Below are positions 1 through 11,624 of a stretch of 64,000 nucleotides of DNA, piece by piece. A program made the position numbers and the translations under genes. The stretch is from Mobula hypostoma (Eukaryota): the NCBI RefSeq assembly GCF_963921235.1, contig NC_086097.1, positions 168,084,001 to 168,148,000 on the forward strand, written 5' to 3'. How positions within the stretch are numbered: the first letter of the stretch is position 1; every line of letters starts with the position of its first letter. A model generated the notes under the pieces. It made no database searches and was not told the origin of the DNA. It saw nothing but the letters and a program-made list of their open reading frames with translations.

Positions 1-1100
1 TAAAAGGTACCCCTTCCCCAAATTCTGTAGATTAGAACTATTTGTTAATGGAGTTGTGCTGCAAATTAGTCATTTATTTTCCAGGATGCAAGTGGAAATA
101 TTTGCCATATTCCATTGAACAGAACTCATAAACACTTCAAATCCCTAATCTCAATTCACCTGCTCTTCCCTTCCCTTCCCAAAGGAGTAGAGGGGATATG
201 GGTTTAATGCAGGTAAATGGTTAACATAGATAGACATCATGGTTGGTACGAACAACATGGGCATAAGGTCTGTGTATTTCTATGATTCTACGAAATAATG
301 GTGTGACCTCGAGTTTATCCAGAAGGTCTTCAGTTTCTACTGAGTTTTCCTGGTTTTCTTTCCACTATAATTTGCCACAAACCAGTATAAATCACCTGAA
401 AAGAAAATCATCTAAGTGCAAATTCATTTGAGTTTCCAATAACTCAACAAAGGTAAAATGTAAGCCCCATCCATAAAACTGTCCGCAGTCCTCAGAATGA
501 ACCAATCATTGATGATACTAATCATTTGCAGGTCTTTAAGGGTCTAAAAAGATCCTCAATCTTTTGGGCACTGGTACACTTTACCAAAGTTTGACTACAC
601 ACCCCAAAATAAAATGTTGATTTTGAATACTTACAATGTGTTACTCATTTCTCATAGTGAGACATTTCGAACAAAATTATATGCTATCATGTTGAATACA
701 TTTATATCAGCTCAGCATTTTCTAGATATATTACATATTTCTCATCATTTTGTTTTTAAAAACTTAAATTTTAAAAACTGGTTCAGAATAAATTTTGTCA
801 TTGGCGATGTGCGGATAAATTTGAGCAGAAACATAGGAGAATTTTTCAAGTGGGCACTGCTTCTGCCCAGGCCAATTAATGGGCAGAAACAAAATCCGTA
901 CCCAGCAGGTGTTGTTTTTCAGATGGTTCTGCAGTTTCAAACACATTCTTGACTTATTTAATTAACTCAGGTTAAATTCCACTGTTGTTGTGGTGGAATT
1001 TGAACTGGCATTTCCACATGTTCCCTACTGATTATAGCTTGCTGATAACAAAATCAGATTACAGACTTCGGGCAGTATGTGTATTACAGTAACATCAATA

Positions 1101-2417
1101 CAGACATCCCACCCTGCAAAAACTCATTTCAGGGAGGTAGCACCCCCACCCCACCCCCGCAACACCATATCCCCCCCACCCCCCGCCGACCTCCAAGGGT
1201 GTATGTAATACTTTGTTTAGTGATTTTGTCTAATCTGTAAACCAAGTTGGGTATATGCAGAAAATGTGACATTAAAATATGTGCTTATATTACATAATAT
1301 TATCATGTTTATTCTATTACAACTTTAAGCAAATCTACTGGGAGTTTGGCCTCAGGACGTAGGACATCAATAGCGTAGCTCCTTGGCAGCCAGCCAGCTA
1401 GTTTAAATAATGTTAGCTACGCTAATAAACGAATGGCACCAGTTAAACTCACCTCAACATGTCGTTTACATTTTAACCCACCATGGGCAATAGAAAAGTC
1501 ACTGTTGCAAACAATGCAGCGAACAACACTGTCATTATTTTTGAGGTCGACTGTAAAGCCCGCCCACAGAGAAAACTGATAGGTCTACTTAGCAGGGGTC
1601 CCCAACATTTTTTTGCACCGCAGACCGGTTTAATATTGACAATATTCTTGCGGACCGGGGGGGGGGCGGTGGTGTTAATCACGACCGGAATATAGGTGAT
1701 AAGTCAATAGCATAACATTTTAAGTAACGTTTGAATATTAAACACAGCGCATATTTTCCCCGTATGAATATATAAAATCATTGCAACACACCAATATCGC
1801 TGGATCAGTGGGAGCCCTGGGCTTGTTTCCCTGCAATGAGACGGTCCCATCGAGGGGTGATGAGAGACAGCGATACTCGAAGGGTCCTTATGTCCAGTCT
1901 ATTCCGCAATTTAGTTTTCATTGCATTCATTGCGGAAAACTCCGCTTCGCAGCGATATGATGTTGGAAATGGAAGCAACGTTTTCAGTGCTTTCATGGCT
2001 ATCTCAGGATATTTAGCTTTGACTTTGATCCAGAATGCCGGCAGAGATGTTACGTCGAACAAATTTTTCAGCCCACCGTCATTTACAAACTCGAGGAGTT
2101 GATCTTCTTCCCGCGCTGACATGGATGACGCGCGCGTAATGACCTCGCATGCGTTCAAAATCAACAGTGCGTGGCAGGGAATGAGGAAAGGTGCAAATGA
2201 CTCATATCGTTACATATCGCCAAATCATATCGTTTCCTCACGGCCCGGTGGTTGGGGACCACTCTTAGCACGAAGAGAGACCAATCAGGATGCTCGCTCT
2301 CCCTCTCCCTCTCAAAAAATTCTATTTCCGGGATATTGTATATAATTTCCGGGCGTCAGGGAGCCACTATTGATATGCGGGAGACTCCCGGATCTTCCGG
2401 GAGAGGTGGGATGTCTG
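1101..2417. mobile_element. Non-autonomous DNA transposon (hAT-like) with 13-bp TIRs CAGACATCCCACC
   Basis: Perfect TIRs at 1101-1113 and 2405-2417; contains a nested Buster-type element. Confidence 0.75.
1593..2264 (-). mobile_element. hAT/Buster (Charlie-like) internal-deletion derivative with transposase C-terminal dimerisation fragment
   Basis: TIRs CAGGGGTCCCCAAC / GTTGGGGACCACT. ORF 1805..2164(-) contains FWIKVK.KYPE.A..ALK.LLPFPTSY.CE..FS...QAQGSH. Confidence 0.85.
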
Positions 2418-2419
2418 TT

Positions 2420-4090
2420 AATACAAGGATGAAAGATCAAGTTCAATCGTTTGTTAGTTTATTACAGTCACATACACGGAGGTACAGTGAAAAACTTGCC
2501 TTGCAAACTGTCAGACAAATCATTTCATTACAACAGTGCATTGAGGTAGTGCAAAGTAAAGCAGTATCAGAGTACAGAATAAAATGTTACAGTTAAAGAG
2601 AAGGTACAGATATACAATGTTTAAGGTCATATGAATGCAGATTGTGGAATCCATCTTATCGTACTAGGGAACTGCTGAATCATCTTATACCAGCAGGCTA
2701 GAGCAGCCTTGAGCCTGGTGGTACATGCTTTCAGGCTCTTGTATATTCTGCCCATTGGGAGAGGGATGAAGAGAGAATTACGGGGTGGGTGGGCCTTTGA
2801 CTTTATTGGCTGGTTTACCAATGAACTGAGAAGTATAGGTAGAGTCTATGGAGAGGAGGTTGGTTTCCATGATATGCTGAGCTCTGGCAACAACCCTTTG
2901 TGGCTCTTGTTGTCACGGGAACAAGCTGTGATATATCTAGATAGGATGCTTTTGAATGTGCATTGGTAAAAATTGATGAGGGTCAAAGGGGAATGCCAGA
3001 TTTCTTTGGCCTCTGGAGGAAGTAAAGCTGCTGGTGAGCTTTCTTGGCAGTGGTGTCAACATGGCTGAACCAGGACAGGGTATTGCTGATGTTTATTCCT
3101 AGGAATTTGAAACTCTCAACCTTCTTGACTTAAGCACAATTGATATTAAAAGGAGCATGTGTACCACATACAAAAAATCCTGGAGGAACTCAGCAAGTCA
3201 TCTATGGAGGGGAGTAAATAGTCAACGCTTTGGATTGAGACCCTTTGTCAGGACTGTAAAGGAAAGAGGCAGAAACATGAATAAGTAGGTGGGGTGAAGG
3301 GAAGGAGTACAACCTGACAGGCGAAAGGTGGGACCAGGTGAGGGGAAAGGTGGGTGTGAGGATGGATGGGGGAGGGAGGAATGAAGTAAAAAACTGGGAG
3401 GGATAGGTGGAAGAAGTAATCTAATAGAAGACAGTGTACCATGGAAGAAAGGGAAGAAGAAGGGGAACTGGAGGGCGGTGAAATGTGGGTGAGAAGAGAA
3501 GGGATGAGGGGATAACTAGAATGATGAAAGGGCAAAAAAGAGGAGGAGAAAGGGGTGAAATTATCAGAAGTTAGAAAAATTTATGTCCTTGCCACCAACT
3601 ACCCAGATGGAATATGACATATTGTTCCTCCAATTTGAGTTTGGCCTCATCACAGTGGTTGAGGAGACCATGGGCAGACATTTCAAAATGGGAATGGAAA
3701 GTTGAATTAAAATGGGAGTCCCTCTTCCCAAAATCAATGACTAGATCTTTTGTTTTAGTGACAGAGAGGAAAAGATTGTTGTCATGACACCATGTTACTA
3801 GATGTTCTATCTCCCTCCTGTACTCTGACTCATCCATTATTTGAAATGTGGCCCGCTATGGTGGTGTCATCTTCAAACTTGTAGATAGAGTTACAGCAGA
3901 ATCTGGCCACATAGTCACGTGTAGAATAAGGGGCTCAGGATGCAACTTTATTGGGCACCAGTACTGAGAATATCCATGGCTGAAATGTTGCTGCCCATCC
4001 TTACTGATTGTGGTCTGTTGGTCCAGTTGAGGATCCAATTGCAAATGAAGGTGTTTAGTCTCAGGCCTAGGGGTCTGGAGATGAGTTTCC
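2420..4090 (-). mobile_element. Decayed Rex1-like LINE fragments, interrupted by a Penelope-like fragment
   Basis: DESEYRREIEHLVTWCHDNNLFLSVTKTKDLVIDF and CNWILNWTNRPQSVR motifs; boundaries approximate. Confidence 0.7.
3166..3720 (-). mobile_element. Penelope-like element 3' fragment (GIY-YIG C-terminal part plus degenerate hammerhead at 3220-3255)
   Basis: HFNSTFHSH...KLEEQYVIFHLGS motif; same layout as the copies at 29.9k, 53.2k and 61.3k. Confidence 0.75.
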
Positions 4091-4217
4091 TTATAGTAAA
4101 CAGAAATATGGATGATACCATGCGAGGCATAATATAGAAAGTCCCTGCACTATAAATTAACATTATTTTAGAAAAGTTAGGCATGCATCAAGAATATGTT
4201 AAATCATTGGGCAGAGG

Positions 4218-5720
4218 GGCGGCACAGTAGTGTAGTGATTAGTGCAATTGCTTTACAATACCAGCAGTTCCTGATCAGCATTCAATTCCCACCATTGTCT
4301 GTACATTCTCGCCGTGACCTCGTGGGTTTCCTCCCACATTCCAGAGATGCATGGTTAGGTTTAGAGTGAGTAAAAAATGTCTAACTTGAAGGTATTGCAG
4401 AAAGTGTGAGTATGAAAGAGAATATTTATCAATTAATTGTTCAAAGGACATCAATCTATCTTCTTTAAATAAATCCAAAAAAGAATTAATACCTTTATTT
4501 TTCCAAAGTAGAAAAATTGGATCACTCAAAGAAGGCTTAAAAAAGTAATTAAAAATATTTAAGTAATTTCCCTAACATATTGGAGGCTGACCTGTTAGAT
4601 ACTATTATGAGTATGAATCCTTTGATTAAGAGTTCTATTGGAAGAATTTATAATTTACTATTACAATGGGATAAGCGTCCTTTGTCTAAAATTAAACAGG
4701 ATTGGGAAAAGGAACTTAATTTGACTTTTATGATGGAGGATTGGATGCGGATATTGAAGTTGGTTAACTCTTCTTCAATTTGTGCTAGCCACTCATTGAT
4801 TCAATTTAAAATTGTACATCGTTATCATTTGACAAAGGAGAGACTTTCTAAAATCTTTCCTAATCTTGATAGTCATTGTGATAGATGTAAACCTGAGATA
4901 GCTACACTGACACATATGTTTTGGTTCTATATTGGAACAGTTCTGGAAGTCGGTTTTCTCAACAATTTCTAAAGCACTTAAAATTAATTTACAACCTGAT
5001 AAATTAACTGTGCGTTTTGGAATAGCTCCTCAAAATATTCATGGTATTTCTGTGTCTGACCAACATGTTATTGCATTTGTTACATTGATAGCTAGAAGGG
5101 CCATTTTGTTGAAGTGGAAAGATACATCAGCTCCCACTTTGTCACAATGGTTCTCTCAAGTGATGCTATGTCTTAGTTTGGAGAAAATTAGAAGTCGAAC
5201 CTTTGAACCTTTATTTGATTTTGAGAAAAGATGGGGCTCATTTGCTCATTATTATCATTTGAGTTAATTGATATAACTTTTCCACAATCTAATTGTAAAT
5301 TCTTTTAGCATATTTTCTTTTCTTGCTGGCAGTTTGATGTTTATTTTTAGAAGCTTTTTGTATGATGCATGGCTCCGGGGTTTTTTTTCTCACTTTTTTG
5401 CTTAGTAGGATTTTTTTTTTGTTACCACAGAATTTTGTTTTCAATCTTTAAGATGATGGGTTTTTTGAGGCATTGTAAGTGTTGTTACTTCAATGTACTC
5501 ATGTTATTTTTCCTATATATACAATAAAAAGATTTGAAAAGAAAAGAAAGGTTTAGAGTGAGTGAGTTGTGGATATACTATATTAGTGCCAGAAGCTTGG
5601 TGTCACTTGCAGGCTGCCCCCAGCACAATCCTCAGAATGTGTTGGTTGATAACATAAAGCGACACATTTCACTGTATGTACATGACGAAGAAAGCTAATC
5701 TTTAAAGATCTTAATCTTTA
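4218..5720 (+). mobile_element. tRNA-derived SINE split by an L1 insertion
   Basis: tRNA-like head GGGGCGGCACAGTAGTGTAGTG. The body resumes at 5564; a related intact copy lies at 10291-10530. Confidence 0.7.
4372..5548 (+). mobile_element. 5'-truncated L1 ORF2 3' end with 5' inversion (4372-~4550 inverted)
   Basis: L1 C-terminal motifs QFKIVHRYHLT and C.RC....ATLTHMFW. AATAAA plus A-rich tail; 15-bp TSD AGGTTTAGAGTGAGT at 4357-4371 and 5549-5563. Confidence 0.9.
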
Positions 5721-6439
5721 ATGTTTACAGGTCATAGAGAATAAAATCATATCATGGTGCAACTTTGTTTCTTACTGTTGGGCCTCAGCTGCAGTGTTGT
5801 GAACAATTCAAGGCACCAGAGGGCTTTAAAAAAGGGAACTCGGTCCATTTCCAGGATGAGAGATGAAGCTTATGGGGGGGGAGGGGTGGTGATTAGAGTT
5901 TAGAACTGCTATCTCAGGAACAGAAAAGATTAAGAGGGGCCTAATAATTGTTTTCATGACAATGACGCGTCTCTATGTAGATGGATAACTCTTCCTACTG
6001 GTAAGCAATTTAATGTCAGAAATCTGAAATCATTAATATATCACCAACCTTACAGCCTCACAGAGCCTAGAAACAGTTCTGTCCCTTCTGATTGCCAACT
6101 TGCACTCACTACCCTACCCCTGTGAGGCTTACTTTTGTCTGACAAGATTTGCTCCTGGTTCACTCTCTCAAGGACTATTGCCCAATCTTGGTTATTTGAA
6201 GAATGGCCTTGCAATTTAATGGTCTCATCATCAGAGAGTGGTTCCAGTCTTTACTCCTGTTCAACCGTGCAGAGCTTATATTAGGAGTCCAAGTGACATG
6301 AGTATTTGATTAGACCAGAAACTGGCTCTCCTCAATGATTAGTGTAAGGATCAAGGATGAAGATAGTAATAGGAAACTTGATAGTGAGGAAGACAGACAT
6401 GAGATTTGTGGCCACAGAAGAAACACCAGGAGAGTGTAC

Positions 6440-7660
6440 CTTCCAGATTACAATGAATTGCAAAGACCTTGATCAGTTAGGCTGAGAAATGGCAATTGGA
6501 TTTTAGCTTAGGTAAGTGTGAGTTGATGCATTTAGAGCAGTCAAACCAGCTTAGGACTTATACAGTGAATGGCAGGGCACTGAGTGATCAGGAAAAACAA
6601 GTGCAAAGTTCATGCAAGCAGACAGGGTGGTGAAGACATGTTTAGCAAGCTGCTCTTCATCAGTCAAGACATCAAATTTAGAAGTATGGGTATTATGTAG
6701 GGATATTATGTTGCAGTTAGTCATTGGTGAGACTGCACTTATAGAGTATTGTGTTAGGTATGAAGCACCAGTACTATTATACTGTTTACTTTTTAACTTG
6801 TATCATATATGCACCTTATTATTTGTTAATTTATTTCAGATAATATTACTTTACTATGTGTTATCTGTGAGTTATATGTACTGAGTTGTGCACCTTGGTC
6901 TGGAGTACTGTGTTCAGTTTTGGTCACGTTACTCCAGGAAGGATGTGGATGCTATAGAGCGAGTGCAGAGAAGATTTACAAGGAAGTTGCCTGGATTGGG
7001 GAGCATGCCTTATGAGAATAGGTTGAGTGAACTTGGCCTTTACTCCTTGGAGCGATGGAGCATGAAGTGACCTGATAGAGGTGTATAAGACGATGAGGAG
7101 CATTGGTCATGTGAATAGTCAGAGGCTTTTTCCCAGGGCTGAAATGGCTAACACAAGGGGGCACAGTTTCAAGGTGTCTGGAAAAGGTACCGAGTGGATG
7201 TCAGGAGTATGTTTTCCACACAGAGAGTGGTGGATGCATGGAATGCACTGCTAGCAGCAGTGGTGGAAGCGGAAACAATAGGGTTTCTTAAGAGCCTCTT
7301 AGATAGGTACATGGAGCTTAGAAAAATAGAGGGCTATGCACTAGGGAAATTCTAGCAGTTTTTAAAGTAGGTTACAGGGTTGGAACAACATTGTGGGCCA
7401 AAGGATCTGTAATATGCAGTGATTTAAGAGACCCACGAGGTACCTTTTTCACATAGATGATATTCCTCACTTGGAACAAGCAGCCTGAAGTAGTCAAGGA
7501 AGGCACACTTGCAACATTTAAAAGGCATTTGGAGAGGTGGAGAATGGAAGATCATGGGCCAAATGCAGGCAACTAGGACTAGCAAGGTGGAAGCTGTAGC
7601 TGGCATGGACCAATTGGGCTAAAGGACCTGTTTCCATGTTGTATTGGTGTATGACCCGAA
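6440..7660 (+). mobile_element. Decayed CR1 LINE 3' fragments
   Basis: LEYCVQFWS...ERVQRRFTR..PGL....YE.RL..LGLYSLE motif. Confidence 0.8.
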
Positions 7661-8254
7661 GAGCATGGGTGAAAGTAAGGTGGGAAGGAACAAATGAAAG
7701 GTGATTAGTGCAGCAGTTAGGAGGAAGTGAGTAAAAATCAGTGTGTGGTTCTTTGGATGGTTAATTTGGCTCTCCCCACAAACCCACTGAGTGACATATT
7801 AGTGTGGGGAGACAGTGAGTTCAGCTTAATGATGTATTGGAGAGACCTCTAATGGTGCAGCAACTTATAAGCACTTAGTGCCTGCAGCTTTAGTAACAAA
7901 TTTCTGACTCAAAGGCATGTTTGCACTATAAGATAACAGCTGTCATATTTGCCTTTACCTATCATGTTCATTTTGATTTTGTTAACCCTTGTTTGTGGTT
8001 TTGATAGTCTAAACTTCCAAAACCTATTCCAGATCATTAATGAAAATCAATGATTTTCAAAGCAAACCCATGGAACTTCAGACCTGTTAATAATTACTTG
8101 TTATTGCACACAATTTAGATCAATTCACAATTATTCCATTGTTTCCTCATTAACATCACAAAGCAGGCTTTAACCAGCTGCTTTATTGGAACACAAGACA
8201 AAAAAAATGAAGGACAATGCCAGCCAGAATTTTTCTCTATATTGGCACCATCAT

Positions 8255-8585
8255 GGGCTGTGGGTGTCACTGGGGTTGCCAGCATTTATTGTTGCTGCTT
8301 GGCACTGTAAATATTTGAGCATCTGTTAAGGCACTTTATGGACCAGCTGGGAGTCAACCACATTGATGTGGGTGTAGAAACACACAAAGCAGTCCAGACA
8401 AATTCAACAGTTTTCCTTCCTTAATAATTGAATAATCTTGATCACAGTCCCTGAGCCTAGCTTTTTATTCCAAATGTATTTAATGATTTGAATTTAAAGT
8501 CTCCAGTGCTGTAGGACAAGTCAGCTTCATCAGATTAGTAGTCCTAAATACTGGTCCAGTAACTTAAGCACAATGCTGTCATCCT
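8255..8585 (-). mobile_element. Ancient Deu-domain (SacSINE1-like) SINE remnant
   Basis: Recognised similarity (gccagcatttatt...gagtcaaccacatt...agctttttattcca...tccagtaac); from recollection only. Confidence 0.45.
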
Positions 8586-8903
8586 AATATCAGCCAAAAT
8601 ACCAGAGGGAAGTGCTTTTGAAAATAATGCAATGAAGAAATGTCCTAAATTTGGTGGTAGCACTCTGAATCAGAACATAGTGGCTTCAAACATTGCAAAA
8701 ATATGTGCCATGTAATCTAGATGTTGTTGGGAATCTTTTCTTTTTGCTGAAATCCTAAAGTAGTTCTCTCAGGTGACTGGCAAAATTCAGAGATTAACTT
8801 GCTACCTCCTCCTCCTCAGATGCTGTTTGGACTGCTGTTCTTCCTCTCATACTGGTTTTCTCCTATCTCTCACTGAATATTTCCAGCCTCATGTTTTATC
8901 ACT

Positions 8904-8909
8904 TTTATT
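8904..8909 (-). terminator. Candidate polyadenylation signal AATAAA of the coiled-coil gene
   Basis: TTTATT on the + strand, about 70 nt downstream of the stop codon. Confidence 0.4.
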
Positions 8910-8977
8910 TTTGCCTTTGGAGCTCAATTATTCTATTGCTATAGAAACAGACTTTAATATTCTTAAAAATTAATTCA

Positions 8978-9151
8978 CTAATTAATGAATGAATTATATT
9001 TTGTCAATTTTGTGACCACCGGATATGATGGCTGTATAAATGGAAGCCCATGTTTTTCACACATCTTTTGTAGACACTTCTCATATTCTTTATTCAGTTT
9101 AGCAGATTCCTGCAGAGCATACTTCAAATCTTCAATTTCTTCAAAGAACCC
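8978..9151 (-). CDS. Coiled-coil gene, last exon (GFFEEIEDLKYALQESAKLNKEYEK...NSFIN*)
   Basis: Acceptor catttacag|GGG, phase 0, TAG at 8978-8980. FFEEIEDLKY matches my recollection of the CEP290 C-terminus. Confidence 0.9.
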   Translation of the reverse strand, partial: GFFEEIEDLKYALQESAKLNKEYEKCLQKMCEKHGLPFIQPSYPVVTKLTKYNSFIN

Positions 9152-10290
9152 CTGTAAATGCCATGCAAAATATAAAATTAGTTTAATATACCAAACATTC
9201 AAGATGCTCATAAAGATCTATTTTTTTTGTTCCAAGGATGAAGAGACAAAAAAGGTTAAAATGGCAATGACAGATTTGGATATTCAAATGTCTTGCTCCC
9301 ACTTGGTCCTTGTTTCAAATCAAACTGTAAATTACATTCTATGGCAACAAAGTATGTTGTAATCTGATCAGATGGAATGGTTAGGTAGCAAATGCCCACG
9401 CTGTGCAACATACTGCCTACTGAGCACAGACAATTTATAACCTACCACTGTTTATAGCAACAGCTTTGCTACAAGGTGATTCCTGATTATTGGATTAGGC
9501 ACAGCATTAAACAAGAACTCAACACGTGCTAATTTCATTACTTTACCTCCATAACAGCAGTTGTACACATATAATTTATAAGAGACTCTTTAAAACAAAA
9601 GCTTTAAGAAATTTATGTCCAAGAATAAGTGAAGAAAAGAATAAATCAGGCAGGGATGATTTGATAATGCTAAATTTCAAAGCTAAAAGTAGATGTGTGG
9701 AGAAAAGATTATTGAAATGAGAGTAGAGGACGTAGCCTGTTCCATCATGGCCAGAGCCCTCCCCACAAATGACAGCAACTACATAAAAGTGCTGCTTCAA
9801 GAAGGTGTTATTGACATCAAGGAACCCCACCATCCAAGTCATGCTCCCTTCCTGCTATTAACATCAGGCAGGATTTAAAAGCCCAGAGTCACAGACCACC
9901 AGGTATAGGAACAGCTGCTCTCCTATTACTGTCAGTTTCTTGAACCAACCTTTACATCCCTAGCCCAATCTCAGCAAACAAACACTACCGACCATCTCCA
10001 ACACTACCATGGACTGGCACCTGACTCTGGTTTTCTTGCACTAATGTTTTGTTTTACACAGTCTTTTTCTTCAGTTTTGTATAATTTATATTTGGCCTTA
10101 GCCCAAAAGTCAACTTTTGGTTTATTTCCATAGATGCTGCCTGATCTGTTGAGTTCCTTCAGCATTCTCTGTGCATTGCTTTGGACTTCCAGAATCTGCA
10201 AATTTTTTTGTTTACAGTATATTTCATGTTTTGCCTGAATCTATGTGCTTGTGATGCTGCTGAAAAGATGTTTCTCATTGCACATAAACT

Positions 10291-10530
10291 GCGGGCAGCA
10301 CAGTAGTGTAGCAGTTAGGGAAATGCCATTTTACAGCCATGGTTTCCTCCTATATTCCAAAGATGTACAGGTTAAGGATAGTGAGTTGTGGACATACCAT
10401 GTTGGCACTTAAAACATGGTTACACTTGCAGGCTGCCCCCAGCACCAACCTCGCCAAACTGATTTGACGCAAGTGCCACATTCACTGTATCTTTCCTTGT
10501 ACATGTAACAAATAAAGCTAACATTTATCT
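10291..10530 (+). mobile_element. tRNA-derived SINE
   Basis: Homologous to the split SINE at 4218-5720. Confidence 0.65.
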
Positions 10531-10630
10531 TGATATAGGACAATAAACTCATGAGCAATGCTAAATGAGGCAGTACATTCAGGAATGTAACCCATAAACA
10601 CAAATGGCACAATACATTTTAACTCAGTTA

Positions 10631-11521
10631 CATAGGAGCAGAATTAGGCCATTTGGCCCATCAAAGTCTGATTCACCATTCCATCATGACTGATTTATTA
10701 GCCCTCTCAACCCATTCACCTGCATTCATCCCATAAACTTTGACGCCCTGATTAATCAAGAATCTATCAACCACCACCTTAAATATACCCAATGAGCTGG
10801 CCCATACAGTCATCTGTAAATGAATTCCACAGATTCACCACTCTCTGATTAAAGAATTTTTTCCTCATATCTGTTCTAAATGGGTGTCCCTTAATTCTGA
10901 GGCTGTGCCTTCTGCTCCTAGACTCCCCCACTATAGCAAGCATCCTCTTCACACCAACTCTATCCAGAACTTTCCATATTTGATAGCTTTCAATAAGATC
11001 ACCCATCATTCTTCTAAACTCCAGCCCGTACAGGCCCAGAGCCGTCAAATACTCCTCATATATTAACCCTTTCAACCCTGGGGGTATTTCTTGTGAATCT
11101 CCTCTGAACCCTCTCTAACACCAACACATTGTTTCTTAGATAAGCAGCACAAAACTGCTCACAATACTCCAAAAGCGGACTGACTGATGCCTTATTAAGC
11201 CTCAGCATTACATCCTTGCTTTGGCATACTAGCCCTCTGGAAATGAATGCTAACATTGCATTTCCCTTCCTTACCACTGACTCAACCCGCAAATTAATCT
11301 TCAGGGTATCCTGCAAGAGCACTCCCAAGTCCTTCTGCACTTTTGATTTTTTAAATTCTCTCCTTTTAAAAAAAAATTGCCCATGCCTTTATTCTGACTG
11401 CCAAAGTACATGTCCATGCACTTCCCTATATTATACCCTATCCATCACTTCTTCGTCCATTCCCCTAATCTAAGTCCTTCTGCAAACACCCTCCTTCCTC
11501 AAAACTACTTGCCCCTCCAAC
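10631..11521 (-). mobile_element. CR1 LINE 3' part (RT C-terminus and 3' UTR), decayed
   Basis: ORFs 10779..11075(-) and 11056..11340(-) carry CR1 motifs. Confidence 0.85.
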
Positions 11522-11523
11522 TA

Positions 11524-11624
11524 CAGTGGTGCTAGAAAGTTTGTGAACCCTGTAGATTTTCTCTATTTCTGCATAAATATGACCTAAAATATGATCAGAT
11601 CTTCACGAGTCCTATAACTAGATT
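11524..11624 (+). mobile_element. Tc1-like terminal fragment
   Basis: TA|CAGTGGTGCTAGAAAGTTTGTGAACCC terminus; no partner end found. Confidence 0.55.

Noticed and set aside
300..952. Possible exons or ORFs at the window start (614..952+, 764..946-)
   Set aside because: No recognisable protein, and the candidate minus-strand exons I checked hit stops.
1805..2164. Domesticated ZBED/SCAND3-like gene
   Set aside because: Only a C-terminal fragment, lying between TIRs of a non-autonomous transposon.
4218..4295. tRNA gene
   Set aside because: Degenerate tRNA-like head continuing into a SINE body, with a second copy at 10291.
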